From positions 1,221,081 to 1,285,080 of the forward strand of contig OZ287695.1 in the NCBI GenBank assembly GCA_965649825.1: a stretch of 64,000 nt of DNA, in the 5' to 3' direction. A program made the translations under genes and the position numbers. Of this stretch, positions 59,690 through 64,000 are shown piece after piece. Each line of letters begins with the position of its first letter. Position 1 is the stretch's first letter. This DNA comes from Penicillus capitatus (Eukaryota; Plantae; Chlorophyta). Under the pieces are notes generated by a model. The model was given only the letters and a program-made list of their open reading frames with translations. It had not been told where the DNA came from and did not search any database.

Positions 59690-61186
59690 TTAATAAACGT
59701 ACAAGCCCAGGCCGATCCTGGTCGGTTCACTCTCTATTTGCCAAGCTGGACGATTCAGAACCAATCGCTGACATCCCTTCGAGGCTCTGTTCAGAAACGA
59801 TCGGCGATTCTGCATGGATTCCTTCTCCTCGGGTAACCAGACACCCGGTTGTGTCTCTCCTCTGAGCAGACATTGGGCAAAGGCATTGATACATGTACCA
59901 ATGCTCTCCGAGAGTTTTTCGTGGACGTAGATCCCAGCTGCTGTCTTGTCACCATCGAAGTCGAGATCGACACGCATTCCGATAGATTCTCCGGCAAACT
60001 GATCGACAAAGCGGATGATGGGTAGTGAGGTGGAGGCGAGGCGAGTCATGGCATCTTTATCGCGCAGCAGACTGGGTCTCAGATTCCGAGCCAATGCCCA
60101 GAGCAACCAATTCCAAAAGACAGGTGACGTTCCAAAACGTGCCGAAGTGTTTGCGGCGCCAAGGACTTCGTGGGCAGAGATCGTCTCTGGGAGATTTATT
60201 AAGTAAACGCCCTTTCTGCCGATGCCTAAGATGTAGATCTAGCAGAGCATAGGCGTATGCATACGAATGCCTACCAGGACCAAAGTCTACTGCGGTGGGT
60301 TGGCTCATAGGGGGTACGACGATAGGTTTGCCGTTCAGAAATGCAATCACAGGTTCGCCCAGTCCCATCAAACTCGTCACCATCAATGCCTTCCCAGCTC
60401 CACCGCTTCCAGCTGTGAAGTAGGAGTACCGAATCCGTTCGACGGACTGAATACCTGCAGCATTTTCCTTTGCCTCTCATAAGAGCTCGTTCCGCAGAGA
60501 TACCTGCATCGGGATCGGATTCCTGATAACAGCCATCTGCATCGTACTCTCCTCTGTTGGCAGAAATAATGTGCGCTGCCATAACATTGCTCAGTCCAGG
60601 ATACACACCGCCACCCACGATGGCACGCACGCCTTCTTGTACTGCTAGTGGATGGAGTCGCTTTGCCCTACACTCTAGCAATATACGGATCACACCCTTG
60701 TTTGCCTCGCAGTGATGGTGTTGATTCGCTCACAGCTTTGTCGTCGATGCATCGTCGCAGATATCGAGATAGGATGTCTTCGTTTCGATCGCAGCCTCCA
60801 AAACAGCACATCTGTCCAACTGCTGAAACGGCCCAGCTGTATGAATGACGAGATCTGCAGTGCCCACGGCATCCTAAACGCTCTCGTGAGCACAACGAGT
60901 GAGATAGTGTGAAGGTCACTCTCAAACGCGTCGCATCTTCAAGATCCACTTGTGTGAAACGCGTCTTCTCGAGTTGTTCAGTCGACTGGACTAACGCATC
61001 GAAGTTTCTCTGTTGTCTGCCGGCAAGTGTGATATGGAGGTCAGGGTCTGTCTTCAGCAAAGACAGAGCGGCAGATCTGCCGACGCGACCCGTTCCTCCA
61101 ATGATGAGGACACGATTTGATACCGGTCGGCCTTCCACAGCATGACACGTCACTGTCCATTTCCCTCGACGCGCTGCGCAAGACAT
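59690..61186 (-). CDS. Saccharopine dehydrogenase-like oxidoreductase (plant plastid-type NAD-binding family)
   Basis: VLIIGGTGRVG, GGVYPGLSNVMAAHII, YFTAGSGGAG and QPGVWLPEE, with several short introns. Confidence 0.9.
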
Positions 61187-61422
61187 GATGTCGCACAGTG
61201 AGTGGTGCTCGATGGAAACGGACAAAATGTTTAATATCGATCTTCTCAAAAATGATCCATCAAAAGCAACAAAAAAGCCAAGACGTCATTTCAACGACGA
61301 CCTCCATTGTCCCAACCACTTCCGCGCCTCCTCTTTATCTTTAGGCATCTGAAAGAAGACGGGATATTAGCACAGGTGATAGTGGAGAGAAAGGCGGATG
61401 GGGTGAGTTACGAGGGAAGTGG

Positions 61423-64000
61423 TTAATTTGCCTTGGAGCTGGACTGTTTTGCCTTCCAGTTCTGAATCCATTCTTTGACAGGTATTTCACTGTTTTGTTT
61501 GGCTCGCCATGCTTCGATCCACTCACTAGCTGTGGGTCTGTCTTCTTGTTCGACTGACTCAGGTGTCGGTGTCTGATCCCAAGGCGCTTTGAAATTGCCG
61601 AAGAGTTTGGCAAAAGGTTGTGCAGCAGTGTTTTGCGTAGCTAAGTCATGGAGTTGATGAAGGAATGAGGTTCAGAAGGGAAGTTACCAGTTTGGGATGC
61701 TCTTGCACGTGCTTCGGCCTCTTTTTGACGACGGGCTTCTTCGGCTGCTGCTGCCTTCGCTTTGGCCTCAGCTGCCGCCTTCGCGGCTTCTTCCTGAGCT
61801 TTCTTCCGAGCTTCAGCTTTCAATTTGGCCTCTTCTTCTGCCTTTTTCTTTGCCTCTGCCTCTGCTTTGGCTTTTGCTTCCTGTTCGGCCTTCTTCTTCG
61901 ATTCGGCTTCAGCTTTGGCTTTAGCCTCGGCCTCGGCCTTTATTCTGGCATCCTCTTCTGCCTTTTTCTTTGCCTCGGCTTCCTCCTTGGCTTTTGCTTC
62001 TAGTTCTGCCTTTTTCTTTGCTTCTGCTTCGGCCTTGGCTTTAGCCGCTGCCTTGATTCTTCCTTCCTGTTCGGCCTTCTTTTTCGCTTCGGCTTCGGCC
62101 TTTACTCTGGCTTCTTCTGCCGCCTTTTTCTTTCTCTCCGCTTCCGCAGCTGCCTTTATTTTGGCTTCTTCTTGTTTTTTTGCAGCTTGTTCTGCAGCCT
62201 TGGCTTTAGCTGCTTCCAGTTTGGCCTTCTTTTTCTCTTCCTACAAACACAGAATGTTTTTTTTCTGTCTACTGTCTGACAGGGTACTCCAGCACCTCTT
62301 CGCGCTTCTTAGCTTCAGCAGCAAGTCTGGCCTCTTCCTCTTGAGCTGCTCTGGCTGCTTCTGCCTCTTCTCTCCTTCTTCGTGCCTCTTCCTCCTCTCG
62401 CCGCTTCACGATCTCTGGATTGAGTACGGCAAATTCAATTTCTTTTTCCTCTTCTTTCGATAAGACACGGATTTCTTTTGACGCCTTTTGAGCTGCTGCA
62501 CACAGAGCTTTCGCAATTAATTCCTCTTTTTCCTATCAACAGAACCTCGACATCCAAAAAGCACTGCGCGAAACTGGACCTGATTTTCTAGATTCTGCCT
62601 TAGCGTATCCAACTGCTTCTCGATCTGCGAGGTACTTCTGAGCATTGAAGATGCTTCCGTGCGTTTTGTTTTCTGTACCGCCTGCACCTCTTTGATCCTG
62701 TCCTTTAGAGCAACTAGTCGTTCTTTGGCATCTTCTTCTTGCGCTTCAAGATCTTCCACTCTCGCAGCCATTGCCTCTACGGTATTTTTCAGTTCTTGCT
62801 TCTCCGCCTGTCTGGCAAGTTGTTCTTCCTAGTGTCACAGACTGTCGGCCAGCAGTCGATCATGGGAACGCCACTTTTGAGATGACAGCTTCTGTCTGGC
62901 TCAATAGATCTTCAAAAGGTTTGTATTCAGCCGACGCATCTGCACTTACGGAAAGCACTTTGTTCTCCGCTAGTCCACCATTGAAAAAACAACTGGCGAC
63001 CAACTCTGCCACTTGAAGCTTCGAGATCTGTCCACTCTTTCCCACAACGACGTTCATGGAACTGCCTTCTTCATCCGAGACCCTCATGTCTCCTGCATCG
63101 CGTTATTGTTATGGGAATACCGATGCTGTCTCTCTATAGATACCTGGCTGAATGACGGTAAAGGATAGAGTGCTGTTTTCTAAAAAGGTCTGCACTTGCT
63201 GCGTATTAGCTGACGGGCCAGAGAATCCACCGAACAGTGATTTAGAAGATCCAGATTTTGCACCGGTCCCGGAATTCACCAGGACAAACTGACTGACTCC
63301 TAATTCTTCACACGCCTCTACCAGTGCTATACAGGCACTGGGTGGTCCGCCTTCTGCCGTAAATACCACCTGCGTTGACAAAGCAGGATCGATAAGGCGA
63401 TGCTTTGCCCGCTGAGAAGTCAGACTTTGTCAGAGTTGCCGACAGATGCGAGCACTCCATCTTCTTCATTCCAATTCGCTTCGACAAAGGAGACATTTCT
63501 CGACTGATCTGCAGCCACGATGCCGTATCTGATGAGAACTCTCAGATCGTTCTCCGCCTCTTCGATGTCTGCACATCCGGCGCGTACTTTGAATCCAGCC
63601 GCCAGCAATTCTCTATCCATACACACCATTGCCAGTTGCACGCATCTATTTCACAGTGTCTTACCGCACAATACGTGATCCGAGCATACCAGTACCTCCG
63701 GCCACAAAAATCTATACCAGTAATGTCTCTGCATAGGGCAGTCGAGGTAAGCATTTGGAAGTGATACTGTTTTTGGATCTCTCTGTCTAGAACGCCCTCT
63801 CATGGAAGCTATTCCCTTCAACTGCACAGTTCCCTGTTTCTTCTGCATAGTTCCAAATGGTCCAAATCCAGCAAAGGGGCCTTCGGATAAATCTGGTGAC
63901 TTAAATTTCACCGTTCCTCCACCTAGATCCGTCAATCATCGTTTTTCTCGACTCTCACTCTAATCGACCTGCTAAGGATGACTTCTTCTGAGCCAAAACT
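61423..64000 (-). CDS. pTAC16/Tic62-like plastid NAD(P)-binding Rossmann protein with a long Ala/Glu/Lys coiled coil; 5' end outside the window
   Basis: FVAGGTGMLGSRIVR-ELLAAGFKVRAG, SKLQVAELVASCF....AENKVLSVSAD, about 200 aa of AEK repeats and a C-terminal EWIEAWRAKQ..EWIQNWKAKQ. TAA at 61423-61425. Confidence 0.8.

Noticed and set aside
61423-61560. NWKAKQ as a pyrenoid Rubisco-binding motif
   Set aside because: The Chlamydomonas motif [DN]W[RK]xx needs a hydrophobic sixth residue, and here it is Gln.
1-64000. TAA/TAG-to-Gln recoding as in some ulvophytes
   Set aside because: Conserved genes (SPT16, DPE1, RPL8, EME1) end at TAA/TAG at the expected C-termini, and internal stops are explained by introns.
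1-64000. CRISPR arrays, rRNA, tRNA and telomeric arrays
   Set aside because: None seen. The repeats are short tandem duplications, and ccctaa heptamer-like words occur only singly.

Overview
Eukaryotic nuclear DNA from a very compact green alga. The evidence is plastid-targeted DPE1, shikimate kinase and pTAC16-like genes, a KCBP-type MyTH4-FERM module, 33-70 nt spliceosomal introns and the standard genetic code. A siphonous ulvophyte (Bryopsidales-like) is my inference and is not proven. About 30 intron-split genes were modelled by hand: housekeeping genes (RPL8, SEC22, Elongin B, SPT16, SerRS, EME1, an E2, DPE1, shikimate kinase) mixed with lineage-specific genes, plus two gene-poor degenerate tracts (about 6.1-9.3 kb and 14.2-19.4 kb). 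Highlights: (1) a 1.63-kb LINE-derived element encoding only an ORF1-like protein, with a perfect 15-bp TSD and a (TTA)n tail, inserted into an exon of a large beta-helix/multi-TM receptor-like gene; (2) four dispersed paralogs of an unrecognised small secreted Trp-rich beta protein with identical three-exon structure, one of them missing from the ORF track; (3) a motor-less KCBP-like MyTH4-FERM module spliced to a divergent protein kinase; (4) an intronless PLAT-less, bacterial-type lipoxygenase; (5) same-strand gene pairs only 25-61 nt apart (candidate bicistronic loci). No rRNA, tRNA or CRISPR array was seen. Exon boundaries are manual and unverified by RNA data, and family assignments rest on recalled motifs, not database searches.
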